From positions 2,418 to 66,417 of the forward strand of contig JAYVUT010000003.1 of NCBI GenBank assembly GCA_043787675.1: a DNA stretch of 64,000 bases, in the 5' to 3' direction. Below, one piece after another: positions 34,060 to 45,561 of the stretch (position 1 is its first letter; each line of letters begins with the position of its first letter). This stretch comes from Candidatus Altimarinota bacterium. Its GTDB lineage: Bacteria > Patescibacteriota > Gracilibacteria > BD1-5 > UBA2023. The position numbers were made by a program, and so were the translations under genes. The notes below the pieces were generated by a model. The model saw only the letters and a list, made by a program, of their open reading frames with translations, searched no databases and was not told the DNA's origin.

Positions 34060-36250
34060 ACTCGAGTATATCCACGACACGAGCAGCACGACCGTATCCG
34101 AGCTTCATATGACGCTGGAGCATAGAGGTAGAGCACTTGCCTGCTGATCTCACGAGCTCTATAGCAGCCTCGATCACTGCCTGATCCTCAGATCCTGCAT
34201 CACTCGGATTGTTGGTGCTAGATCACTCCCAGTTGGTAGCACGATCCCCATCCACGATAGATGAGTCATATATATCTGCGAGCATCTGAGGATCTATCGT
34301 CCGCTTGATATGTCCGACTACTCGCTCGACCTCATCTGTCTCGACGAGTACTCACTGTATACGAGTCGTCGCCATAGCTCCAGTCGGGAAATAGAGCATA
34401 TCTCCACGACCGAGGAGATCCTCTGCTCCATACGCATCGAGAATAGTACGAGAGTCTATACCAGATGCTACGGTAAATGCGACTCGAGATGGCACATTGG
34501 CCTTGATGAGACCTGTGATGACATCGACTGATGGTCGCTGGGTTGCGAGGATCATATGGAGTCCTACGGCTCGAGCCTTTTGTGCTATGCGTGTGATAGC
34601 TGACTCGACTTCTTTTTTGTTACCACTCATCATGAGATCGGCGAGCTCATCTATGATGATGACTATAGCAGGCATACGGTCCTTGTCGCTTACTTTCGCA
34701 TTATACTCTTCGAGGTTACGAGCGTTGAGCGGCTTGAGTGTCGAGTATCGTCTCTCCATCTCAGCGACTCCCCACTTGAGAGCGTTGAGTGCCTTATCTG
34801 GTGAGTTGATCACTGGAGTGAGGAGATGTGGGATACCATCATAGACTCCGAGTTCGACTTGCTTGGGATCTACCATGATCATACGGAGTTCTGAGGGAGT
34901 ATTTTTGTAGAGGAGTGATAGTATGAATCCGTTCATTCCTACAGATTTGCCACTTCCTGTCTGACCTGCGATGAGGAGATGTGGCATCTTTGCGAGATCT
35001 CCGACGATGAAGTCACCATTGATATCCTTGCCCACAGCGATCGCGAGCTTGGACTTGTGTCTGGTGAATGCAGTATCCTCGAGGACCTCTTTGATACCCA
35101 CAGTATCTCGTTTCTCATTTGGCACCTCGATACCTACGAGTCCGAGCCCTGGGATTGGTGCCTGTATTCGTATAGATTTTGCCTTGAGTGCGAGTGTGAG
35201 ATCTTTTTTGAGGGCTTCGATTTTGGCGAGGCGGACTCACTCTGATGGTCGGAGTCGATACTGGATCACAGTGGGTCCAACACACTCATCCTCCATCTCG
35301 ACATCGATACCGAACTGGAGGAATGTACGTTGTATCAGGAGTGACTTCTCCTCGATCTCTTCTGGAGAGACGACATTGATATGCTCTATATCATTGAGTA
35401 GACGCAGACTCGGGAAAACCCAAGTCCCGAAGTCGACAGCTCTGGCTGGATGATTGGATTCGATTTTTTTGCCTTCTGGGGTTTCGAGTGGGATTTTTTT
35501 GGTGAGACCTGAGAGTGCATTCGCGAGGAGTGACTTTCCTGTTTGAGGTTTTCCGGATTTTTCTATGAGTTCTGGATTTTTTTTGTTATGGATAGCTGCG
35601 AGTTTTCGCTCGAGTTCCTCAGCTTTCTTTTTGTAGATATCATCGACTTTTCATTTTTTTGTGACAACGATATCCTCATCATCTGATGGTATGACCATAT
35701 CTCGCATATTGCGGATGCTCGGTACCGATTCTCTGACTCGAGACAATATAGCCCTATATGAGATGCGGAGTGTGAGGTAGAGGGCGACGAACCAGAGGAC
35801 GATGAGTGCGATAAAAGCTGGTGCCGATCCAAGGAGTAACTTCAGTAGGCCAAATATATCAAGTATACCTATAGCACTGTGTATATTGGTACTCAGATTG
35901 CCTATCTGGTAGTCAGCGTACCAACCCAGGAGAGATGTACTGGCGACAAAAAATAAAAGAATCCCAACAAATCGAGATATCGACCAACTCGCTCGCTTCA
36001 CGAGTATCATCACACCGAGAGCCATCAAGAGAGGAGAGCATATCCATCTGAATGAATCCCCAAAAAAGAGACGTCATCATTGGGATAGATATTTGCCGAC
36101 AAATGGCTCTGCAATACTCGGATCTGTCAGCTCTCGAGTAGAGAGTACCATGAGTACGGCGAGAGTGACGAGGATACCTCATGCGATGATATTGGTCAGT
36201 TCGTACGAGAGGAGCGGTGTATGATGTGGAGTGGATTTGCGACGAGACAT
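34004..36250 (-). CDS. ftsK: DNA translocase FtsK
   Basis: ATG 36250, N-terminal TM helices, Walker A GQTGSGKSVGMN, and a gamma domain [34 protein letters not shown]. TAA stop at 34004-34006. Confidence 0.93.
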
Positions 36251-36329
36251 ATGATGTTAGTATATACAAAAACGAGGCAGAGGCAAAAGGAAAAGAGAAA
36301 TATATTTTGCAAGGAAAAAAGAAAAAGTC

Positions 36330-36357
36330 TTGACTTGGTATCTTTAATTTTTATTAT
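36330..36357 (+). promoter_or_regulatory. Candidate promoter, possibly giving a leaderless mRNA for the gene at 36365
   Basis: TTGACT (36330-36335), a 16-nt spacer, then TATTAT (36352-36357). The ATG at 36365 begins 8 nt after the -10 element. Confidence 0.4.
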
Positions 36358-36364
36358 ACATCAT

Positions 36365-37324
36365 ATGTTAATTTGTTCACACATTCCTATTTCTGGACTT
36401 TCTGTAATGCAGGGAGTTAATAACGGGCTATCGGATAGGACTATACCTGAAACGATAGAGTATATTATTCGCGATGGACTCAACTGAAATCTTACATTAG
36501 ATGAATCCAAAAAATATGAGCATTTTTTTTCTGAAGCATGCAAAGTTCTCTGAATTGGGGAATCTTCCGATTGAGATGATCATATATCAAGATTTATTAG
36601 CATAGAACAATATCCAAGACTTATTAAGTTGTACTTGTCGATATGCATAAACAATAAAAGCAAGATTTCTACTCTCTTACAACGTCAATATCAAGAAACA
36701 TTTATACATTGAGATACTAGAATTTCAATATGAGAAAACTCATTCTATGAAGTATCTCAGAATATGCATGGTGATGTATCCCTCAGGCAATATCCTCGTA
36801 TTGATAAGATACAAAGTGAACTTTTTCAAAAGGATTGGCTTGATATTAGTGATATAAAATGAGATCACATATCTATGTATCAACACACTATGAGTTTTGT
36901 ATCGGCACTTCTTAAGTCTTTCAGGCTTGCATGATGAGATAATTCAAAGCTAGCAAAGATACTTCTGGAATTAGACTGAGAATTTGTTAAGGTAGTACAC
37001 GCAGCTGATAGTGGAACAGATGATGGAGCAATTGATAGATGACTATATGCAGCAAATAGCAAACAAAATCAATCAGAGAAATATCTAGGAATCTATATAC
37101 ATTCTCATCATAGTAGTTGATACCAATCAGCCTTTAATAAGGATTCCAAAGAACTAGAATTCTGGGAGGTAAAAAGAAATGAAGATGCTTCCTTTGAAGA
37201 AAAAAAAGTAATGAGTATATCTAGTGAAGACATACATCTTTTATTAAAAGATGTATGTATACTTTCTGGAAGAGATTGATATTGACCAAGAATACTTATA
37301 TCAAAATTTATTGAAAATAGCTAA
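36365..37324 (+). CDS. Hypothetical protein (319 aa) in an AT-rich segment
   Basis: The frame is free of TAA/TAG from 36221 to TAA 37322-37324 despite AT-rich sequence, with about 17 in-frame TGA. No motif recognised. Confidence 0.6.
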
Positions 37325-37394
37325 TTCTATACTTCGTAGTTTTTTCTTATTTTATATTGCTTTTTTCTAAAAATCGATAAAATACTTTTTGTTC

Positions 37395-37471
37395 GCGAGC
37401 ATAGCTCAATTGGCTAGAGTACCGCCTTGCCATGGCGGCCGTTGTGGGTTCGAGTCCCATTGCTCGCTCCA
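37395..37471 (+). tRNA. tRNA-Gly (anticodon GCC), CCA encoded
   Basis: Acceptor gcgagca/tgctcgc, anticodon arm ccgcc-ttGCCat-ggcgg, T arm gtggg-ttcgagt-cccat, discriminator U. Confidence 0.9.
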
Positions 37472-37483
37472 GAAAAATCAAAT

Positions 37484-37513
37484 TCTCATCCGTCAGGATG
37501 GGATTTTATTTTT
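37484..37513 (+). terminator. Terminator after tRNA-Gly
   Basis: Stem tctcatcc / ggatggga (one G-U pair) with loop gtca, followed by a T-run. Confidence 0.55.
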
Positions 37514-37585
37514 CTAGGAGTGTATGGGATGAGAATCGCAGTAAAAATACCCACTGCTCTTGGTATTTTTACTGAGAGAGCCGGC

Positions 37586-37614
37586 ACGCGGCGAAGAGCG
37601 TGGAGTCCCATTGC
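37586..37614 (+). pseudogene. Degenerate copy of the 3' half of tRNA-Gly
   Basis: gagtcccattgc (37603-37614) exactly repeats tRNA-Gly positions 37452-37463. The preceding cgcggcgaagagcgtg loosely resembles ggcggccgttgtggg. Confidence 0.4.
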
Positions 37615-37671
37615 ATCTATTTTTCCTTGCTTTTTTCACTCTTTTCTATAGAGTTTGCAGAGTCTGATTTT

Positions 37672-37760
37672 GGAGAGGTCGCATAGTGGCAGTCGTTCTC
37701 ACCCATTGGAACGGGTGCGTGGGGTAACTCACCGGGCTTCGATCTCCTCGCGTCTCCGCC
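37672..37760 (+). pseudogene. tRNA-Ser-like pseudogene
   Basis: The first 19 nt (ggagaggtcgcatagtggc) are identical to tRNA-Ser at 37786. It retains a ...TTGGAA... anticodon-loop remnant and a gtctccgcc tail, but the D and T arms no longer pair. Confidence 0.55.
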
Positions 37761-37785
37761 TCATCATACTTGTTCTTATATATTC

Positions 37786-37873
37786 GGAGAGGTCGCATAG
37801 TGGCCTAGTGCACACCCTTGGAAAGGGTGCATATCGCAAGATATCGGGAGTTCGAATCTCCCTCTCTCCGCCA
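37786..37873 (+). tRNA. tRNA-Ser (anticodon GGA), long variable arm, CCA encoded
   Basis: Acceptor ggagagg/tctctcc, anticodon arm caccc-ttGGAaa-gggtg, variable arm atatc-gcaa-gatat, T arm gggag-ttcgaat-ctccc, discriminator G. Confidence 0.9.
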
Positions 37874-37973
37874 GTAGATAAAATAGACACACTTCCCAGG
37901 GAGATGAGAAGTTTATGCCCGTAGGGGTAAATCTCCCTCTCTCCGCCAGTTAATAAAATAGACACACTTCCCA
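37855..37973 (+). repeat. Two 44-bp direct repeats, each made of the tRNA-Ser 3' end plus 25 nt of downstream sequence
   Basis: 37855-37898 and 37930-37973 (aatctccctctctccgccagtWRataaaatagacacacttccca) differ at 2 positions and are separated by 31 bp. Confidence 0.85.
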
Positions 37974-38001
37974 ATTTTCATATTTCCAACTTTTTCTCAT
38001 C

Positions 38002-38520
38002 ATGATGAATCTCATATCCAAACTTGCTCAGAAGCCAACTGATAAAACTATCCGTATCACTCGTATTATATTTGCAATTATTCTCATACTCACCATCGTT
38101 CTTGGTTGGACTGTCACTCGTACAGAGTTCGATCTACCAGAGCAGATCAGATATATTCTCTTCGTATTTCCTCTTATTGGGCTGATCCGTTGAGTGTTTG
38201 ATCCAGGTGTGTTCCGTAAAAAGATCTGGAAATGGACAGTAGTCGGACTTGGGATCACTATGATACTCATATCTCTCTTTGTTATCGAGGATCAGGCTAT
38301 CGTATCCCAGACTCAGGCTACAATTATCAGTACTGGGAGTATCAATATCGCAGATATAGCTGCAGCTCCAGTCCTTTCGGTTCCGTTTACTCTATCTACT
38401 GATAACTTTTTTGGATTCTTTGGATTTGTTCTCACTCTCATGGGGCTCATACTCAACAGCAAGAATATCACCCTCAAAAATGAACGATATGGTGAGGTAG
38501 TCAAGAAAATACGAGTATAG
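38002..38520 (+). CDS. Hypothetical membrane protein (172 aa)
   Basis: ORFs 38002-38193 and 38194-38520 share a frame and are joined by one TGA. Four hydrophobic helices. TAG stop at 38518-38520. Confidence 0.7.
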
Positions 38521-38535
38521 TTATATCATATTAAG

Positions 38536-38563
38536 AAAACACTCAATTATGGGTGTTTTTTTT
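38536..38563 (+). terminator. Rho-independent terminator
   Basis: Stem acactc / gggtgt (one G-U pair) followed by a long T-run. Confidence 0.55.
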
Positions 38564-38864
38564 GACAAAAAAAGAAGTACGTGATAGAGTTCTCTTATCT
38601 ACTTCATGAGATGGTATACTTCACATACCAAACAAACAAATATACATACTTTTTTGTACATTTTTTATACAAATCGTGCACACCATACAGGTGGCACACC
38701 CCAATCAATACACGAGCTGGTCATACTCACGAAAACAGACCAAAATGCAGTAGATCGCAGATGATGTCAAAAGTGAAGAGAAGACATCATAAAATCCCCA
38801 ATCTCGGCTACAAATTCACTTTTAACAGCCAATTATGAGAGAGGGATTTTTTTTATCTAAGTAC

Positions 38865-39215
38865 TTACTTTTTTTCTAATATTTTTTCTCACTCTCTTAT
38901 TATTTCAGAGTCTATCCGAATATTTCTTCGTGTTATAAAATAACCTATAATAAATATTATTAAACTTACGGGCAGAGTCATAATAAGATAAATCAATGGA
39001 ATCCATGAAAATTCACTACTTCTCATTCAGACAAGCATTATCCAAATAAAGATTATACTATTTGTGATTAAGAAGAAATATAGGGGTTTTATTATCTCTT
39101 TGGATTCCATTACTTTGCTACTAGCATATATATGAAAGTATATTCAATACAATATAGCAAAACTAGCTATATTGATAGGAGGATACATGAATATAATAGC
39201 AGGAAATGACAACAT
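38865..39215 (-). CDS. Possible small membrane protein (116 aa) in a very AT-rich segment
   Basis: ATG 39215 and TAA 38865-38867 with three in-frame TGA. Hydrophobic segments PLYFFLITNSIIFIWIMLV and IPLIYLIMTLPVSLIIFIIGYF. No similarity recognised. Confidence 0.35.
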
Positions 39216-39253
39216 GTTTAATATTAACATCTTTTTTAAGATTAGAATTTGAA

Positions 39254-40342
39254 TTACGCCCCAAACTTAAACAACATCACATCACCATCTTGGACTATAT
39301 ACTCCTTCCCTTCCATTTTGACTTTTCACTTTTCCCGGGCACCTGCCCAGCCTCCGAACTCGATGAGATCTTTGTAGTTGACGGTTTCTGCTTTGATGAA
39401 TTTTTTCTGAAAGTCAGTATGGATGACTCCTGCTGCCTCTGGTGCTGTGTCGCCACGATGGATCGTCCAGGCTCTCACCTCGATCTCACCTGCGGTGAAG
39501 TAGTACTGGAGACCAAGGAGATCATAGCACTTGCGGATAATAGCGTCCATAGGATTGAACTCTACCCCCATATCTGCGAGGAACATTTTTTTATCCTCAT
39601 CAGTGAACTCGAGCATATCCATCTCGATTTTCGCTGATACTGGTAGTACTGGGATCTGAGGATCCATGATACCTGTCATAGCTCTGAGATCTCACTCAGG
39701 AGTATTGATAGCATCTTCAGCGATATTGACTGCATAGACAAATGGCTTGTTCGTGAGGAGGTGGAGATCTGCGATCATGAGTTTTTCCTCACTCGTCATC
39801 TCCATGAGAGATACGATCTTGCCATCCTCGAGCTGGGTTTTGACTCGTGTATAGATTTCCTCACGAGCCTTTGCTTCTTTATCACCAGCTCTGACTTTTT
39901 TCTGATTATCACCGATTCTACGATCGATCGTATCGATATCTGCGAATATGAGTTCGAGATTGATGATCTCGATATCCCGCTTGGGATCGAGTGATCCTGA
40001 TACATGGTGTACATTGGAATCATCGAATGCTCTCACTACCTGGAGTATCGCATCCACAGAGCGTATATGAGAGAGGAACTTGTTCCCGAGTCATTCTCCT
40101 TTTGATGCTCACTCGACGAGACCCGCGATATCGACGAACTCGACGGTTGCAGGGATGATCTTGGCACCATTTACTACTCTACGGATCTGTTCTAGGCGTT
40201 CATCATTGACATTGACGATACCAGTATTGGGCTCGATAGTACAAAATGGAAAATTCGCAGCCTCAGCAGCATATGACTTCGTGAGAGCATTGAATAATGT
40301 AGACTTACCGACATTTGGGAGACCGACGATACCGACTTGCAT
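39254..40342 (-). CDS. ychF: Ribosome-binding ATPase YchF
   Basis: [21 protein letters not shown], then AGLVE-G-ASKGE-G-LGNKFL with both TGA on invariant Gly. C-terminal TGS-like end. TAA stop at 39254-39256. Confidence 0.95.
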
Positions 40343-40353
40343 TTTTTGTGGGG

Positions 40354-40590
40354 TTATAGATTGATCCTCTGGATTGGCGACTTGGTCTGTGGAAATATAG
40401 TTCCCGTGAGAATATGATATCCTCCGAATATCGCTATAACTATCATGAGGATGAGATATATTCGTGTGATCGGTGTGACGTATCGTGAGTACTGTCGGTA
40501 ATCACGTATATGCATCATAAAAACTGCGAGAAATCCGAAGATTCCTAGAAGCAGGAACAAATAGAGACCGAAGAAAATATAGTTAGACAT
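40354..40590 (-). CDS. Small two-TM membrane protein (78 aa)
   Basis: Intact ATG-to-TAA ORF with no TGA, 11 nt upstream of ychF. Confidence 0.55.
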   Translation of the reverse strand: MSNYIFFGLYLFLLLGIFGFLAVFMMHIRDYRQYSRYVTPITRIYLILMIVIAIFGGYHILTGTIFPQTKSPIQRINL

Positions 40591-40635
40591 AGGCGGATTA
40601 TATCAAAAAATTGCTTACTTGCAAATGAGAATCAA

Positions 40636-41685
40636 TTATCTACAGTCTCATTTTTTGTAGCATCGTTTGCCTATTTGTTGGTTACTCGACGAGAGTCCTA
40701 GGAGCTCAGATACAGTTACGAAACTAAATCCTCGAGACTTGAGATCGGCTATGATAGCACTCATACTTGCTACACTTGTTTCATGGATATCATGCATGAT
40801 GAGGATATCTCCATTTTTTGCGTGAGATATTCCGGCTATATTTTTCTCTATACTATGAGTCTGCCAGTCTCGTGTATCGATCGACCACATAGCAAATGGC
40901 ATAGCTATATCTGCGAGTATGCCTGTATTGGTCGCTCCATATGGTGGACGAAAAGTATGCGGATACTCTCAGATGGCTCTATATATTGCCTGATCCGTGA
41001 TATAGAGTTCATCTCGAATTTGTCCAGATCCCAGCTTGGTGAATGCTGTATGTGAATAGGAGTGATTGCCGATCTCATGTCACTCTCTATGCTCCCGTCT
41101 GAGAATATCAGGGTATTTCTCTGCATTGCGACCGAGTACATAGAATGTTGCATGTACGCCTTCTTTTTGCAATATATCGAGAAGTGTATTTGTATAGAGT
41201 TCTGACGGACCATCATCGAATGTGAGGGCAATCACTTTTTTGCTCATTGGTACCACTTCACCAGAGATAGTAGACTGATTACGAGCATGATATAGGTCAA
41301 AAAAGAAGCTCAAAGTCGGCATATGTACTGGCTCATTGCTCCCAAAATGGAATACAAAATCATCCCCCTCTAGAGTGATATCTCTATAATTCGCATATGA
41401 TGGATCGATCTGCACGCCCGATCATATCGATTGTTTGAGTTGCACCATGACGGCTCGGCTCAGGGTATCGAGATAACGCTTTGATATTATTTTCTCTATT
41501 TCGATTTTTGGTGGAGCTATTGGCGTAGGATGGGTACTCGTATCTGATCTTGTATTGGCTGAGATAGTCTCATGGATGAGTTCGGAGAGAGTCATATCTG
41601 ACTCACTCGCCAATACAAAAACACCAACTCCCGAGAGAGTGGTGAGAATGAGTGCTATGTATATCCTATATGATCAAGTAGACAT
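40636..41685 (-). CDS. Polysaccharide deacetylase (NodB homology domain) with an N-terminal TM anchor
   Basis: ATG 41685. ALTFDDGP and GNHSYSH motifs. Fragments 41422-41613, 41080-41415 and 40648-40902 share a frame. TAA stop at 40636-40638. Confidence 0.88.
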
Positions 41686-41723
41686 ATGGCGAGTATAGGA
41701 AAAACCTGATTTGAGTCAATCGA

Positions 41724-42863
41724 TTATTGTATATATTGTTGTATCTTTGTATTCATCACTGTGACACCAAAATCTCGTGCTCGACTCCGACAATCTCACT
41801 GCATATTTCTGAGGGTTTCTTGGCTTGTTTTTTGGATTATTTCTACGAGATTATTCTCGAGATCATCTACCCCAATGAGATATCCAGTCTTGCCTGGTAT
41901 CATGCTCTCTCTATATCCTCATTCTCAGACTGCTATAGTGGGGACTCCACATGCCATCGACTCTATAGCTACCATTCCGAAGTCCTCATGGGCACTAATA
42001 CAGATACTCGAGAGAGCACCAGCAATCAATTGTGAGAGATTATTGTTATCTGAGAGTTCATGAAAAATAATATTGGCATAGCCTCTTCAGAGTTGTATGA
42101 ATTCATCCTTTTGACTATCATGTTTTCCATAGAGTATGACGATATTTTTATCTTGCATTTGCTGAAAAGCTCGGATGATAGTATCGACTCGCTTGGCATG
42201 AGTGAGTCTCGAAAATGATATATAGTATCACTTATATGATATTGTTATTCATTCTATTGCGATTATTTGCGATATCGATTTCTCATCAAAAATATTGAAT
42301 TTTTCTAGATCAACACCTGGATATATGATGATGGCATCATCTCTCCCGCACCATTCGGACATCCGTTTTTTGTTTGCCTCTGAGTTTACGAAAATAGTCC
42401 CTATTTTTGCGAGTTCTCTCCTATAGAGGCATCTCAACAATAGAGAGAATATGAGAAAAAATGGACGAGCGAGAAGTGGCACTTTTGCGAGATATTGTGA
42501 TCTCTGATCAAACAGATGACGAGAGATAGAGTGAGCATAGTAGTATGTTTTTGTGCCAGGTTTTACTCTCCATATTCCTGTGATGGCTTCGTTTGAGAAG
42601 AGGATACTATCATAATTCGCAGTTATCTTCTCTGATGTATAGAATTGCCACTTCATCCGGAGAAACCCGAACATTCCCCTCCGCCATCCTGGATCTACCT
42701 CGAATATATCTCATATGAATCACATAGACCAGGCATCATAACAATCCGGAGACCATATAGCTGTGGCGATATCGGCAAGCGATCATTTTGCTATCTCGAT
42801 ATTCATCCGTTCTGCTCAGCCTCTCATCAGGTATGTATCGTGGAAAACGAGGATTTTTGACAT
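41724..42863 (-). CDS. Glycosyltransferase family 4 (GT-B, group 1)
   Basis: ATG 42863. N-terminus MSKILVFHDTYLMRG-G-AER and the EX7E region HEDFGMVAIESMACGVPTIA. TAA stop at 41724-41726. Confidence 0.88.
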
Positions 42864-42945
42864 AGGTGGATTATATCAATATTTGTTTGAATTCCAAAGG
42901 AAAATAGATATAGTAATAACAGTTGATATCTCTAAATCCAAAAAT

Positions 42946-43566
42946 ATGTCTAAGAAAGCAGTCAGCTCAAAAATCAAAAGAAAACCAATATCAGACTTCC
43001 TCATACCGACGATCATCGACAAGGTTGGTGGTCAAGAAAGGGCTTATGATATATATTCTCGGCTTCTCGAGGATCGTGTGATATTTCTCTGAGATGCTAT
43101 CGACTCGATGGTTGCTAATACGGTGATTGCTCAGCTCCTATTTCTCGAGAAACAAGATCCCAAGGCTCCGATCACTCTCTATGTGAACTCTCCAGGAGGT
43201 CATGTGACTGCTGGACTCGCGATCTATGATACTATGCAGTCGATCAAGCCTGATGTCATCACCGTCGCTGTCGGTCTCGCGGCAAGTATGGGATCTATCA
43301 TCCTCGCAGGTGGAGCCAAGGGGAAGCGATATGCTCTCCCGCATGCTGAGATCATGATCCATCAGCCACTCGGAGGTATGGAGGGTCAGGCGATCGATAT
43401 CAAGATCGCAGCAGAACATATCATCCGTACTGGAGAAGTCCTCTACAAGATACTTGCCAAACACTCAGGACAAGATATCGACACGGTTCGTCGTGACTGT
43501 GATCGTGACAACTTCATGACAGCAGAACAAGCAATGAAGTATGGGTTGATCGATAAGGTAATATAA
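42946..43566 (+). CDS. clpP: ATP-dependent Clp protease proteolytic subunit
   Basis: [23 protein letters not shown] has TGA 43090-43092 on a conserved Gly. [16 protein letters not shown] and MIHQP motifs. TAA stop at 43564-43566. Confidence 0.95.
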
Positions 43567-43569
43567 AAT

Positions 43570-44775
43570 ATGAATTCCCAAATACACAATCTCCTCAATA
43601 AGTGAGTCTCTCGTATCATCGATGGAGATCACTTGCGTGATGCTCTCGACTCGGGTAAGAAACTGAAAATCAAACTCGGTATCGACCCATCAGGAACTGT
43701 TATCCACCTTGGACATATGGTTCCTATTTTGAAACTGAAACAATTCCAAGAACTCGGACATGAGATCATCATCATCATCGGAGATGCTACGGGTATGGTG
43801 GGAGATGCGAGTGACAAGGACTCTGAGCGACCCATGCTCCAGAGAGAGCAGACCCGTGAGAATGGTCGGATATTTATCGAGAAATTCTCGAAAGTCCTCG
43901 ACCTCTCGAAAACCAAAATCGTCTATAATAGTGACTGGCTCGATAAGGTGAACTTTGCTGGAGTTGGCGAACTCGCGAAGCACTTCTCTGTTGCTGAGAT
44001 GCTCGACCGAGATAACTTCTCGAAGAGATACAAGGGTGGAGTTCGTATCTCTCTCCAAGAGTTCCTCTATCCACTCATGCAGTGATATGATAGTGTCGCA
44101 CTCGACTGTGATGTGGAGCTCGGTGGCACAGAGCAATATTTTAACTTGCTCGCAGGTCGTAGACTCCAAGAGGCCTATGGGCAGAGGAAGCAAGATATCA
44201 TGATGTTCGACCTCCTCGTCGGATCTGATGGGAAGAAAATGTCTAAAACGAGCCCCAATACGATCGCGATCGATGAGAAAAAAAACCCAATGTATCAAAA
44301 GCTTATAAACATCCAAGATGATCTCATCGTGAAGTACTACGAGCTCGCGACAGATATGACTCTCGAAGAAGTCGCAGTCGTCAAAAATCGTCTCGAGTGA
44401 GGCGAGCATCCGAATATCTTAAAAGATGAACTCGCTCAAAGAGTTATTATGATGTATCATGGTAGTAGATACGATCCAAATGATAAAGATGATGAAGATA
44501 ATATTGAAAGCTATAACATACTTACACATGAAAATTATAGTTTACATAAGAATATGTGAAGCTGAATCCTTCAGTTTACTTGAACTCCTATAGCAAATTT
44601 ACTTTGTCATATGTGATTTTGTGGAACTATGGGTGATGCAAAAAATGCTATTAATTGATGAAGTGTTCGTGTTGATTGAGAAGTAGTTGATATAAAATGT
44701 ATGATCCGACCAGAATGAAAGAATTTTATTCTAGTTGAAATGTGAAAGAAAAAGGCGAAGCGAGTATTTTTATAA
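43570..44775 (+). CDS. tyrS: Tyrosyl-tRNA synthetase with a C-terminal S4-like domain
   Basis: ATG 43570, 3 nt after clpP. HLGH (HIGH) and KMSKT motifs. The C-terminus is GDAKNAIN-GG-SVRVD-G-EVV. TAA stop at 44773-44775. Confidence 0.9.
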
Positions 44776-44787
44776 TTCATTTTTCTT

Positions 44788-45153
44788 ATGCCATTCATAC
44801 TCGTCTATGTCACTCATCCATCCAAGCCTGAAGCTCTGAGAATAACTGCCGAACTCCTGAATTCTCATCTCATCGCTTGTGCCAATTTTTTCCCTATAGA
44901 GAGTATGTACTGGTGGGATGGGAGACTCAGTAGTACAGAGGAGATCGTCACGATCTACAAGACTCCTACGCAGAACTGGGAATCTCTCAAGACAGCTATA
45001 CAATCATCTCACAAGTATGATATCCCGTGTATCATCAAGATACAAGAGGTCGAAGCAAATCAATCATACGAGAACTGGATACATACTGAGACTGATAGTA
45101 GCAAGAGCGTATCACCTCCCCCTCAGCAAGATTCTTTTAATCAACTTTTTTAA
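44788..45153 (+). CDS. cutA: Divalent-cation tolerance protein CutA
   Basis: Intact 121-aa ORF. AELLNSHLIACANFFPIESMYWWDG fits the CutA core. Confidence 0.85.
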   Translation: MPFILVYVTHPSKPEALRITAELLNSHLIACANFFPIESMYWWDGRLSSTEEIVTIYKTPTQNWESLKTAIQSSHKYDIPCIIKIQEVEANQSYENWIHTETDSSKSVSPPPQQDSFNQLF

Positions 45154-45156
45154 AAT

Positions 45157-45561
45157 ATGTTCCCATCTCTCCTCTCCTACATCTCAGGTATTCTCACGCT
45201 CCTCATACTCGATGGAGTGATGATATGGTTCGTGATATTGCCAACGTTCAAGAAATATATACCAGCATATCTCAACACAGATATGAACTTCCTGGCTGCT
45301 ATAGCGTTTTATCTCCTCTATATCCTCGTACTCCTTCTTCTCGTAGTGTTACCAGGAGCCGAGCAAGGACTCTGACTGCAGAAGATCATCATCAATAGTG
45401 CTCTCCTTGGATTCTGAGCATATATGACCTATGAGCTCACTTCGATGAGTGTGATGAAGTGATGGAGTTGGGAGATGGTGATGATCGATACGATCTGGTG
45501 AACACTACTCACTGCTATCATCGGAGCAGTTATGTATATTGTATATCGTTATTTTGTATAA
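45157..45561 (+). CDS. DUF2177-family membrane protein
   Basis: LILDGVMIWFV...AYMTYELTSMSVMK-G-WSWEMVMIDTIW-G-T matches the DUF2177 pattern. TAA stop at 45559-45561. Confidence 0.8.

Noticed and set aside
36365-37324. A possible macrodomain-like motif (VVHAADSGTDDGAIDRG versus NAAN..GGGVDGAIHRAAG).
   Set aside because: The Gly-rich loop and the downstream macrodomain motifs are missing, so the resemblance is too weak to call.
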